Shown piece by piece: positions 39,783-48,146 of a stretch of DNA of 64,000 bases. How positions within the stretch are numbered: the stretch's first letter is position 1; each line of letters starts with the position of its first letter. Location of the stretch: NCBI GenBank assembly GCA_049661485.1, contig JBATAC010000002.1, forward strand, positions 556,699-620,698, read 5' to 3'. Source of the DNA: Candidatus Microsaccharimonas sp. GTDB lineage: Bacteria > Patescibacteriota > Saccharimonadia > Saccharimonadales > Saccharimonadaceae. The notes beneath the pieces were generated by a model. That model was not told the origin of the DNA. It saw only the letters and a list, made by a program, of their open reading frames with translations, and did not search any database. Made by a program: the position numbers and the translations under genes.

Positions 39783-41891
39783 CTAAAGCTTTTGAAGGTG
39801 TGCGTACTCGGCATTTAGTTTCTTGGTCTGGCCATTTAAAAACGCCACCGTTACGGCCATACCGTCAACTTCCAAAATCTCACCATCACCAAAAGCCGTT
39901 GAGCGCACTTTATCACCTTCTTCAAACCCAAGTTCGTCCGTGTAAAATGGCTCTTCTTCTTTGTACCCCATGATATTCGGCTCAGGAGTTACCATCGCTA
40001 TTTGATCACCCATATCACTAATGAAACGCGAAACAGGGTTATACCCGCGACTGCCAAACTGTAGACGGCTATAAGCATAACTAAGATGAAGCTCTTGGCG
40101 AGCCCGGGTCATTCCAACGTAACAAAGCCGCCGCTCTTCTTCGAGCTCTGATGGTGATTCAAATACGCGAGAGTGCGGAAGAATACCCTCTTCCATACCC
40201 ACCATAAATACAACTGGAAACTCGAGCCCTTTAGCAGCATGAAGTGTCATGAGGGTTACTTTGTTGCCTCCACTTTCACTATCAACACTCGACATCAAGG
40301 CAACTTCTTCCAAAAAATCGGGTAAAGTCGCAAAATTCTGTGCATCTGATAGAAGTGAACCCAGGTTTTCTTCCCTATCCTCAGCTTGAGGTGTACCGTC
40401 TAAAATATAATCGCGATACCCAACTACTTTAATCACATCTTCAATTAATTCAGCTGGAGTCGCTTCTTCCAAGCGTCCACGAAGAGTTTGTAATTTTTCA
40501 CCCAGCGTGGCCATCGCAGACTTAGCTTTGCCAGTAACAACACCGTTATTTCCAACTGCAACAAGCGCTGCAATAATATCTAACCCACTATCAGCTTGCC
40601 ATGTCAGGAAACGCTCTAGGCTGGTCGCCCCCACACCTCTTGTAGGAATGTTCGCAATTCGACTAAAACTCATGCGGTCATTCGGCTGATACAGGAGTTT
40701 TAAATACGCAACCACATCCTTTATTTCCTTACGATCATAAAAACGTACACCACCAACAATTTGATACGGAACACGCATTTGTAGAAATGCCCGTTCTAGG
40801 GTATAACTTTGAGCATTTGTGCGGTATAGCACTGCAAAATCATCATAGCGTCGCGCACCAATTGTTGTCTGCGCCGAAATACGGTCGGCAACCTGGCGCG
40901 CTTCCTCGGCCTCATCGTAGACACCGTGCGCCTGAACTGGTGCGCCGGCACCTTCCGAGGTCCATAATTTCTTATCGGTACGGTTAGTGTTTTTTGTAAT
41001 AACCGAATGAGCGGCTTGCAAAATATTGCCAGTACTTCGATAGTTTTGCTCAAGCTTTACAACTTTCGCTCCGGGAAAATCACGTTCAAAATTAAGAATA
41101 TTTGTAAAGTCAGCCCCCCGCCAACTATAAATCGATTGCCAATCGTCACCAACTACGCAAATATTCTGACTATCGTTCACAAGTAACTTAACTAGTTGAT
41201 ACTGTGCCGCATTAGTATCTTGGTACTCATCGATAAGAATGTACTCAAACTGCGAACGCCATTTCTCGCGAACTTCCTTTGATTCGCGAAGCATACGGAC
41301 AGCTTCGATAAGTAAATCGTCGAAATCAAGCGCCTGGGCTGACCTACGCCGTTCTTCATATTCACGGTACACTTTAGCGACACTTTTTTGAAATGGATAC
41401 TGCGCCGAGGCTTCATATTCATCTGGGTCTTGGAGTGCGTTTTTAGCAGAAGAAATTGCCCCGCTCACCGCAGTTGGTTTTATATCTCTATCGGAGATTG
41501 ATAGAGATTTCATTATTTGTTTAACGAGGCCTCGCCTATCATCCTCATCATAAATAACAAAGTTTTGAGGGATATTAATACTGCGGCCATCCATTTTCAG
41601 AAGCCTTACACATATACTGTGAAATGTTCCCATCCAAGGCATAAACGAACGATCGTTTGGCTGCCGTACTAGATGCGATAAACGCTCACGCATTTCTTTG
41701 GCGGCTTTATTGGTAAACGTTACTGCCAGTATATGGCTTGGCCAGATTTTCTGCTCGGCAACAAGCAATGCAATCCGATGCGTCAGAGTTTTTGTTTTAC
41801 CACTACCAGCACCAGCCAAAATCAAAAGCGGACCCTCCGTAGTAAGGGCCGCTTCTTTTTGCGGCTCGTTTAAATCCCCCAATAAATCCAT
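39783..41891 (-). CDS. pcrA: ATP-dependent DNA helicase PcrA/UvrD
   Basis: Start trimmed to MDLLGDLNEPQKEA (ATG at 41891). SF1 helicase motifs present (AGAGSGKTKTLTHR, TFTNKAAKEM, ILIDEYQDTN, VGDDWQSIYSWRGA, TLHAAKGLEFPVVF, YVGMTRA). Confidence 0.9.
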   Translation of the reverse strand: MDLLGDLNEPQKEAALTTEGPLLILAGAGSGKTKTLTHRIALLVAEQKIWPSHILAVTFTNKAAKEMRERLSHLVRQPNDRSFMPWMGTFHSICVRLLKMDGRSINIPQNFVIYDEDDRRGLVKQIMKSLSISDRDIKPTAVSGAISSAKNALQDPDEYEASAQYPFQKSVAKVYREYEERRRSAQALDFDDLLIEAVRMLRESKEVREKWRSQFEYILIDEYQDTNAAQYQLVKLLVNDSQNICVVGDDWQSIYSWRGADFTNILNFERDFPGAKVVKLEQNYRSTGNILQAAHSVITKNTNRTDKKLWTSEGAGAPVQAHGVYDEAEEARQVADRISAQTTIGARRYDDFAVLYRTNAQSYTLERAFLQMRVPYQIVGGVRFYDRKEIKDVVAYLKLLYQPNDRMSFSRIANIPTRGVGATSLERFLTWQADSGLDIIAALVAVGNNGVVTGKAKSAMATLGEKLQTLRGRLEEATPAELIEDVIKVVGYRDYILDGTPQAEDREENLGSLLSDAQNFATLPDFLEEVALMSSVDSESGGNKVTLMTLHAAKGLEFPVVFMVGMEEGILPHSRVFESPSELEEERRLCYVGMTRARQELHLSYAYSRLQFGSRGYNPVSRFISDMGDQIAMVTPEPNIMGYKEEEPFYTDELGFEEGDKVRSTAFGDGEILEVDGMAVTVAFLNGQTKKLNAEYAHLQKL

Positions 41892-41899
41892 TACTTCTA

Positions 41900-42823
41900 T
41901 TATAGCATTGGAAGCACAAAGAAATAGAATGCAGCACCGGCACCGGCGCCCAGAATAATCAATAAAAATATCCAAAGGATTGTTAGGCCACCTGACTTCT
42001 TTTTGACAGGGGATGAGAATGGTTGGTGATAATTTTCGGTATCGTAAATCGCACCCGACGCCTCTTCAAGGCTTGGCTGTTCAGTGTATTGCTGGGTAAT
42101 TGATACTGGGCCAACTGGCTGCTCTTCAATAACCAGCTCTTGCGGTTTGACCGCTAGTTGTTCTTGCTCGGCTTCAAAACGAGTAAACGTTTGGAGGTCA
42201 AATAGCTCTTCTTCATCATTTGTCTTTTTTTGCGTCTCAGTATCTTCTTTTTCTGAAGGTAGAATATCATTTTGGGCGGCGAAATCAATTGGGTCAGGCA
42301 TAGTATGGGCTTCTAGAAGCGGATCATCAGGGGCTTCAATGAGCTTGATTTCTGACTCTTTGGCAATTGGCTGTTCGACAATTGACTCTTTGATGTTCGG
42401 ACCTACCCAAGGCTCACCACCAAGCGGTCGCTTTTCGACTTTTGTACCAGCTAAGAATGGTGATTCCAGCGGGTCTTGCCAATCGAACTGCGCTACTTCC
42501 TCTAAAGGCTCTTCTTCAAAATGAAGGGTGGGTTCTACTACCACAGGCTCAGGTGGAGTGGGTTGAGCAACAGGAGGGATCTCGGCTGTACGAGGCCGCA
42601 TATCAGAAGAAGGATGAACAACATCCATAAAGCGACCAGCACTTCGGCGAATTGCCGGAGCCGAGCTTACTGCTGGCTTTGCAGGTACGGGCTGAGGCTG
42701 CTCGACCGGCTGTGCTACCGATTCTTCGTAGGTAAGGTCTGGGGTAGTACTAGCATTTGTCTTTTTGTTTAAAGCGCCAGTTACTGCTTTATCTATTTCA
42801 TCAAAATCAAAGTCTGCCATCAC
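41900..42823 (-). CDS. hypothetical Pro/Glu-rich protein with C-terminal membrane anchor
   Basis: 307 aa of acidic low-complexity sequence ending in a TM helix (LTILWIFLLIILGAGAGAAFYFFVL). No family recognised. Confidence 0.5.
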   Translation of the reverse strand: MMADFDFDEIDKAVTGALNKKTNASTTPDLTYEESVAQPVEQPQPVPAKPAVSSAPAIRRSAGRFMDVVHPSSDMRPRTAEIPPVAQPTPPEPVVVEPTLHFEEEPLEEVAQFDWQDPLESPFLAGTKVEKRPLGGEPWVGPNIKESIVEQPIAKESEIKLIEAPDDPLLEAHTMPDPIDFAAQNDILPSEKEDTETQKKTNDEEELFDLQTFTRFEAEQEQLAVKPQELVIEEQPVGPVSITQQYTEQPSLEEASGAIYDTENYHQPFSSPVKKKSGGLTILWIFLLIILGAGAGAAFYFFVLPML

Positions 42824-42829
42824 CCTACC

Positions 42830-43609
42830 CTATACTCGCTTCTTCGTGCTTTTATGAGCTTTTTCAATAATTGACATAAAAGCATGCTCATCAAGGCTAG
42901 CCCCGCCAACAAGAAGGCCATCTACTTCATGAAGTGCCAAGTAGTCTGAAGCGCTATCAACTGTGACACTTCCACCATATAATACCTGCACTTCCGCAGC
43001 GGCCTTTGCACCGTATAAATGTTTGAGTTGGCCACGAATAGATATAACTGCTTTACTCACATCAATAGGAGAAGCATTATTACCCGTACCAATCGCCCAA
43101 ACTGGTTCGTAAGCGATAATTACCCTGGAAAGCTCTTCGCTCGTAATATTTGCTAGCCCGCCAAGAAGCTGGTCATGAATTATGTCTTTGGTTTCACCCG
43201 CTGTTCGTTCGCTAGCCGTTTCGCCAACACAAAGCACCGGTCGAATGTCATTACGAATCGCAGCTTGCACTTTAGCTCGAGTATCTTTATCGCTTTCGTT
43301 AAAAACATGGCGACGCTCTGAATGACCAACAAGCCCGTAAGATACAATACCCCTTAGCTGTGTTGCTGATACCTCTCCGGTGTAGGCACCGTGGTCGCGC
43401 CAATAAAAGTTCTGGGCTGCTAATTTAAATTGGCGGTGATTAACTTGTAAGCTTAATGTCTGTAAAGCAAGCATCGTTGGCGCTAATACCACCTCGACGT
43501 TACGGTGCATTTTGACACGCTTGGCTATTTTATGAAGATACAAACTTGAATCATGAACATTCAAGTTCATTTTCCAGTTTGCGATGATGAGTTTTTTATC
43601 CCGTGCCAT
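42830..43609 (-). CDS. tpiA: triosephosphate isomerase
   Basis: ANWKMN, VGHSERR, AYEPVWAIGTG and YGGSV motifs present. Confidence 0.9.
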   Translation of the reverse strand: MARDKKLIIANWKMNLNVHDSSLYLHKIAKRVKMHRNVEVVLAPTMLALQTLSLQVNHRQFKLAAQNFYWRDHGAYTGEVSATQLRGIVSYGLVGHSERRHVFNESDKDTRAKVQAAIRNDIRPVLCVGETASERTAGETKDIIHDQLLGGLANITSEELSRVIIAYEPVWAIGTGNNASPIDVSKAVISIRGQLKHLYGAKAAAEVQVLYGGSVTVDSASDYLALHEVDGLLVGGASLDEHAFMSIIEKAHKSTKKRV

Positions 43610-43644
43610 TTTTTTGCTTATGCTTTTCTTGCCTTTAGTGTAGC

Positions 43645-44868
43645 CTATCTTGGGGCGTCGAGCAAACTTTCTACCCCAGGTAATTTTTTACCGGACATAA
43701 GCTCGAGCGAAGCCCCGCCGCCGGTCGAAACGTGCGTAAAACTCTCACCCCCGTTACCATCCCATTTCAACACGAAGTCAGCCGTATCACCACCGCCAAT
43801 AATCGAAGTTATTTTTGGATTGGAAGCAAGCTCAAGTGCCAGCCGGGCTGAACCGTGGGCAAATTCAGGGAGTTCCGCGTAGCCTAATGTTCCATTCCAA
43901 ATAACCGTCTTAGCGCTGTCAATTTCTTTAACAAGCTGTTCAATAGAACTATCGCCAATATCAAGTGCCTTATCACCATCAGCCACATCGCCAAGCTTCA
44001 CATTACGGCGCTTTTCGTTGTCATTTGTATTGTGCGCAACCGCAACATCAGTAGGCAGAATAATAAAATCTTCGACACTGCCCTCTAACTTATGATGTGC
44101 GGCGCTATAGATTTTATCAAGAACAGACTCCTGGCCTTCTTCGACCATACTCGAGCCCATGTGGTGACCTTTGTATTTCAAGAAAGTATTCGCCATTGCG
44201 CCGCCAATAATAATTTTGTCGGCAATATCGACAAACCGTTCAATAACAGTAATTTTGTCGCTTACTTTTGCCCCGCCCATTACGGCTATAAGTGGCCGCT
44301 TCGGCTTTTCCATAGTGTTCGTGATTGTGTCGTACTCACGTTCTAGCAAAAGCCCGGCTACACTTGGAATAAAGTGGGTAATCGCATCGGTACTGGCATG
44401 TGCACGATGCACCACACCGAAGCCATCCTGTACAAAATAACGAGCGTTAGTGCTTTTTGCTATTTTTTCGGCAAATTTGTCATCATTTGCCTCTTCCTCA
44501 GGGTAGTAGCGTAGATTCTCAAGTACAATGACTGCGTTGGCTGGTGACTTTTTAACAATCTGTGCAACCCTGTCGCCAAAGACACCATCAGCAAAAATGA
44601 CCTTCCTATTAAGGATAGTGGCTAAACGCTGGGCAATTGGCTTCAAGCTTAGTTTAGGGTCGTGACCTTCGGGGCGGCCAAAATGACTCATAATAACCAC
44701 CTTGCAGTGATGGTTGAGTAAATATTCAATTGTAGGAATACTCGCTCGAATACGTAGGTCGTCACTAATAGTACCGTCTTTATTAAGGGGTACGTTATAG
44801 TCAGCCCGTACTAAAACGGTTTTATGATGAATTGGAACATCTTTGACTGTGCGCTTAAAGAAAGCCAT
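43645..44868 (-). CDS. pgk: phosphoglycerate kinase
   Basis: RADYNVP, SHFGRPEG and GGAKVSDKI motifs, plus GGGDTA in the C-terminal domain. Confidence 0.95.
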   Translation of the reverse strand: MAFFKRTVKDVPIHHKTVLVRADYNVPLNKDGTISDDLRIRASIPTIEYLLNHHCKVVIMSHFGRPEGHDPKLSLKPIAQRLATILNRKVIFADGVFGDRVAQIVKKSPANAVIVLENLRYYPEEEANDDKFAEKIAKSTNARYFVQDGFGVVHRAHASTDAITHFIPSVAGLLLEREYDTITNTMEKPKRPLIAVMGGAKVSDKITVIERFVDIADKIIIGGAMANTFLKYKGHHMGSSMVEEGQESVLDKIYSAAHHKLEGSVEDFIILPTDVAVAHNTNDNEKRRNVKLGDVADGDKALDIGDSSIEQLVKEIDSAKTVIWNGTLGYAELPEFAHGSARLALELASNPKITSIIGGGDTADFVLKWDGNGGESFTHVSTGGGASLELMSGKKLPGVESLLDAPR

Positions 44869-44932
44869 ACCCCACCCTACTTGTTACTTGCTTCTATTGT
44901 ACTATGGAATACTATGGAACGTACAAAAACGT

Positions 44933-46345
44933 TTATGCTAATACACGAACTTTAATGGTATCAGTAGTACCAACGACACCAGGTTGTTGACCACTAACGA
45001 TAATTACTCGTGCTTCACCTTCACCAAATAGACCTTCGGCTTTTAATTCTTTGAATAAGTCAAAGCCAGCTTCAGATGAGTCATCACGAATGTATGTTCG
45101 GTTCGCGTAGCTAAGACCAAGCTGTTGTGCGGCTCGTTGGTCACTAGTAACAGTGATGATTGGCAAGTTAGGGCGGTGTGCAGCAATTGTCGCAGCTGTC
45201 GCGCCAGATTTTGTTTCGGCAATAATCGCATCAACTTTAAGTTGTTCTGCAAGGTCAACAGCAGCCGTACTAATAGCATCAAGCTGAACGTTCTTCGCGA
45301 TAATATCGTGCATTCGAGAAACTTGTGCGTTGTCTTGGGTGTAAAGGATTACTTTTTTCATTGCTTTAACAGTTTGAAGCGGATATTTACCGTTGGCCGT
45401 TTCATCTGAAAGCATCACGGTATCAGCGCCTTGAATAACTGCGTTTGCTACGTCACTTACTTCTGCACGAGTTGGTTCTGGGTTATCTACCATGCTCGCC
45501 ATCATTTGAGTTGCAACAATGCTTAATTTGGCGTGCTTTCGGCAAAGGGCAAGAAGTTTACGTTGTACGATAGGAACAATTTCAGCACCAGCTTCAACGG
45601 CGAGGTCACCACGAGCAACCATAATACCATCAGTCGCCTTAACAATCTCTTCCATAACATCGTCTTTAACAGCGGCTTTGGTTTCAATCTTGGCAATAAT
45701 TTGGGCTTGTGACCCACCAGCTACCAAAATTTGGCGTAGGTTGTGAATATCTTCGGCACTTTGCACAAAGCTTAGGGCAACGTAGTCGATGTCCTGCGTA
45801 AGTCCGTACTCGATATCTTTAAGGTCTTTAGGTGTAAGGATGTCACCACCAAAGTCAGTATCTGGAAGATTGATACCCTTCTTACTCATAAGTGTTCCGT
45901 CATTTTCAACCCGAAGCTTGATGGCGGTTTCAGATGGAATTTCAATTACAGTCGTACGAACCCTACCGTCAAAGATATAGATTGGCTCACCAACTTTTAC
46001 TTTTTCCGCCAGATTGTACTGTACAGGGAAAGTGAGGCCGTTGTGCTCGGCTGCGTAGTCAAGAACAATTTCGTCGCCAGTTTTTACGTCGGTGTTTTCA
46101 TTAAGCATACCAAGACGGATCTTAGGACCTTGTAGGTCTTGAAGAATTGCAACCGGCTTGCCTACCTTTGCACTCGCTTCACGAATCCAGCGGATTTGAT
46201 CGGTTCGCTCATCATAATCACCGTGGCTAAAGTTAAGGCGCATGCCATTAACACCAGCCCGAATAAGGTCTTCGATCATTTCTGGGGTACTTGTAATTGG
46301 CCCTAGTGTTGCAAGAATTTTAGTTCGTTTGAAAATGATTGACAT
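44933..46345 (-). CDS. pyk: pyruvate kinase
   Basis: TKILATLGP, MRLNFSHG, MVARGDL and MLSDETANGKYP motifs present. Confidence 0.95.
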   Translation of the reverse strand: MSIIFKRTKILATLGPITSTPEMIEDLIRAGVNGMRLNFSHGDYDERTDQIRWIREASAKVGKPVAILQDLQGPKIRLGMLNENTDVKTGDEIVLDYAAEHNGLTFPVQYNLAEKVKVGEPIYIFDGRVRTTVIEIPSETAIKLRVENDGTLMSKKGINLPDTDFGGDILTPKDLKDIEYGLTQDIDYVALSFVQSAEDIHNLRQILVAGGSQAQIIAKIETKAAVKDDVMEEIVKATDGIMVARGDLAVEAGAEIVPIVQRKLLALCRKHAKLSIVATQMMASMVDNPEPTRAEVSDVANAVIQGADTVMLSDETANGKYPLQTVKAMKKVILYTQDNAQVSRMHDIIAKNVQLDAISTAAVDLAEQLKVDAIIAETKSGATAATIAAHRPNLPIITVTSDQRAAQQLGLSYANRTYIRDDSSEAGFDLFKELKAEGLFGEGEARVIIVSGQQPGVVGTTDTIKVRVLA

Positions 46346-46400
46346 AATAAATAGCCCTGTTTAGATTGTTGGATTTGAATTTTGCCTTTGGTTCGTTCTT

Positions 46401-46475
46401 TGGTGACCTCACGGAGAATCGAACTCCGATTGCCAGGATGAAAACCTGGTGTCCTAACCGTTAGACGATGAGGCC
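46401..46475 (-). tRNA. tRNA-Glu (anticodon UUC), CCA encoded
   Basis: Hand-folded cloverleaf: GGCCUCA / UC / GUC-UAACGGUUAG-GAC / A / CCAGG-UUUUCAU-CCUGG / CAAU / CGGAG-UUCGAUU-CUCCG / UGAGGUC-A-CCA. The 3-bp D stem is typical of tRNA-Glu. Confidence 0.9.
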
Positions 46476-46583
46476 ACAAAAGAACAAATCAAAGGAACAA
46501 AAAAGTTTTTACCCGAAGTATTGTAACAAAAAAACCCCTGTTTGACTAGTGCCTATCGGGGTTTAAAATGCATTTTTTAAGTG

Positions 46584-46629
46584 CCCGCCGTCGAGCCTCG
46601 CAGCGAAGTGCCACGAGGCCCGACGGGGG
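46584..46629 (-). terminator. GC-rich hairpin downstream of high-GC ORF B
   Basis: CCGTCGAGCCTCG, a 13-nt loop, then CGAGGCCCGACGG form a stem with 12 of 13 bases paired, flanked by CCC/GGG. It lies 20-65 nt past the stop at 46650. No U tract. Confidence 0.45.
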
Positions 46630-46649
46630 TATACCCCGGGGGTGGAGAT

Positions 46650-47066
46650 TCAGGCGACAGCCGTCACGACCGGTCGGCCGTAGACGGTAGTGGCAGAAAC
46701 CACCACGGTCGTCTTGCCACCCGAGGGCTGCTGACGGCGTGCCCGTTCCTCTTCGCAGTAGACTGTCATCCACCTCTTACCAGAGGGGTAGACCGACGAC
46801 TTCGCGCAGTAGGCGCGGGTAACCATCAGGAAGGCGTGCGCAAGGGCAGCCTCCCACCCTTCCAGGTCACCGGCGATAGCCTCGAGCTTGGCCTGAAGGC
46901 CGGACTTGGGCTGACGACGATGATCATCCAGAAGCTTGGCAGCACGTTCCTGGCAGGCGGTGTACGAGAGGTTCTTGATCTCATATTCCGGCACATTACG
47001 TGCAACCCAGTTCGCGAGCTCCCAGTCCGCGTCGCTCATCGTCTTTTCAAGCAGTTCAGTACTCAA
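46650..47066 (-). CDS. hypothetical protein of foreign (high-GC) composition, 138 aa (129 aa if started at ATG 47039)
   Basis: TTG at 47066 follows GGAG with a 5-nt spacer; an in-frame ATG lies at 47039. Third codon positions are GC-rich. Sequence (...MSDADWELANWVARNVPEYEIKNLSYTACQERAAKLLDDHRRQ...) shows no signal peptide, no TM helix, and no family I recognise. Confidence 0.6.
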   Translation of the reverse strand: MSTELLEKTMSDADWELANWVARNVPEYEIKNLSYTACQERAAKLLDDHRRQPKSGLQAKLEAIAGDLEGWEAALAHAFLMVTRAYCAKSSVYPSGKRWMTVYCEEERARRQQPSGGKTTVVVSATTVYGRPVVTAVA

Positions 47067-47178
47067 TCTGACTCCATCAATCTCGACCCCAACTTATGGG
47101 GTGTATAGCCACGATTGGCTTCACAACTCCGATTACGAAGCAGTGAAAGCTGAATAAACAGCCCATACTTAGTCGGAA

Positions 47179-47207
47179 AATATACGCTTTTTGACAAAAA
47201 ATGTCAA
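47179..47207 (-). promoter_or_regulatory. near-consensus sigma70-type promoter reading into high-GC ORF B; its -35 box lies inside a perfect palindrome
   Basis: The minus strand reads TTGACA (47207-47202), a 17-nt spacer, then TATATT (47184-47179). The plus strand at 47191-47207 reads TTGACAAAAAATGTCAA, a 6-5-6 perfect palindrome. Confidence 0.55.
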
Positions 47208-47337
47208 ATAGTATCTAATTTAGTGTATTTGCGGCTACAGAGACCCCATATATAGCGGATTATAGGCTGAAATGTGCTCCTTCGACTAAGCTCTCATAAA
47301 AAAGCTTGTGCTTTTACTATCTATATTGTATAAAGCA

Positions 47338-47366
47338 TTGACATTTTGAACATTATGTGATAAATT
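47338..47366 (+). promoter_or_regulatory. near-consensus sigma70-type promoter reading into high-GC cassette C
   Basis: TTGACA (47338-47343), a 17-nt spacer (ttttgaacattatgtga), then TAAATT (47361-47366). The spacer ends in GTGA, as does the spacer of the cassette A promoter. Confidence 0.6.
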
Positions 47367-47428
47367 AAGTACATCATTCACGGGTGCGGTGCGAGAGACC
47401 ACGCCAGGGTGAGGAGGTCGTTAACAAG

Positions 47429-47450
47429 TCAGATCATTACAGTGCATCAA
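47429..47450. repeat. left arm of the imperfect inverted repeat bracketing high-GC cassette C
   Basis: TCAGATCATTACAGTGCATCAA compared with the reverse complement of 49814-49837 (TCAGATCATTACAATGTGCATCAA): identical except for a 2-nt indel. Weaker similarity extends to about 50 bp (GGTCGTTAAC... versus GGTTGTTAAT...). Confidence 0.8.
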
Positions 47451-47629
47451 TTAGTGCACTGATTTGCTTTAGGAAAAGCTGAGTACTTATTGGAAGCAGC
47501 GCGCCAGTTCGTTTATACGAATTGACGCGCTGCTCCCAACCACCCTCTCAGGGAGCTAGCTGCGGTAAACGCATTCAACATGCGCGAACCCGCGCAACCG
47601 ATCCCACGAGAGGGAGAAACGAGTACATC

Positions 47630-48133
47630 ATGTCCACTTCCACCGCCCCCACGACGCCCAGAGTTCCCAATGTTCTCGTGCTCAAGCGAGCAGACATCTT
47701 CGTCGGTTCGTTCGTCATCGGCCTGGTCGCCAACCTGGTTCTGATCATCGCGGTCTTCACGTCTGGCGTGTCGACCGGGGTGGCCGGGACCTTCGGTTTC
47801 GACTGGTCTCAGTTCCAGAACACCCTGACCTTCCTCTTCGGAGGGATCGGGTCGGCTCTGTGGCTCATCGGCGGTATCGTCGTCCTGGCCGCGACCGGCT
47901 ACGCTTTCTACTGGCTTTCGAGCCATGGTCATCACAAGTGGGTCGTCGTCGCATCCTTGATCGGCATGTTCGTCGGAGGGTTCATCCTCTGGCGACTGGT
48001 CGATTGGTCCAACTTCGGGTTCGGCTTCGTGCCGCTCCTCATCCTGATTGCCTACACCGCCTTCTGGGCGGGAGTGGCATCGTTCATCATCCCGCTTCGC
48101 CCCAAGCTGTCGCGCAAGCGCGGCACCAACTGA
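47630..48133 (+). CDS. hypothetical 4-TM membrane protein of foreign (high-GC) composition
   Basis: ATG at 47630 follows GGGAG. 167 aa with four hydrophobic helices and a basic C-terminal tail (RPKLSRKRGTN). Third codon positions are almost all G or C. Confidence 0.7.
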   Translation: MSTSTAPTTPRVPNVLVLKRADIFVGSFVIGLVANLVLIIAVFTSGVSTGVAGTFGFDWSQFQNTLTFLFGGIGSALWLIGGIVVLAATGYAFYWLSSHGHHKWVVVASLIGMFVGGFILWRLVDWSNFGFGFVPLLILIAYTAFWAGVASFIIPLRPKLSRKRGTN

Positions 48134-48146
48134 AAGGAGGTGCGCT

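Noticed and set aside
46581-47108. Plus-strand 175-aa ORF antisense to high-GC gene B.
   Set aside because: It has no ribosome-binding site and an Arg/Gly/Pro-rich translation. The third-position GC pattern fits the minus-strand frame 46650..47066 better.
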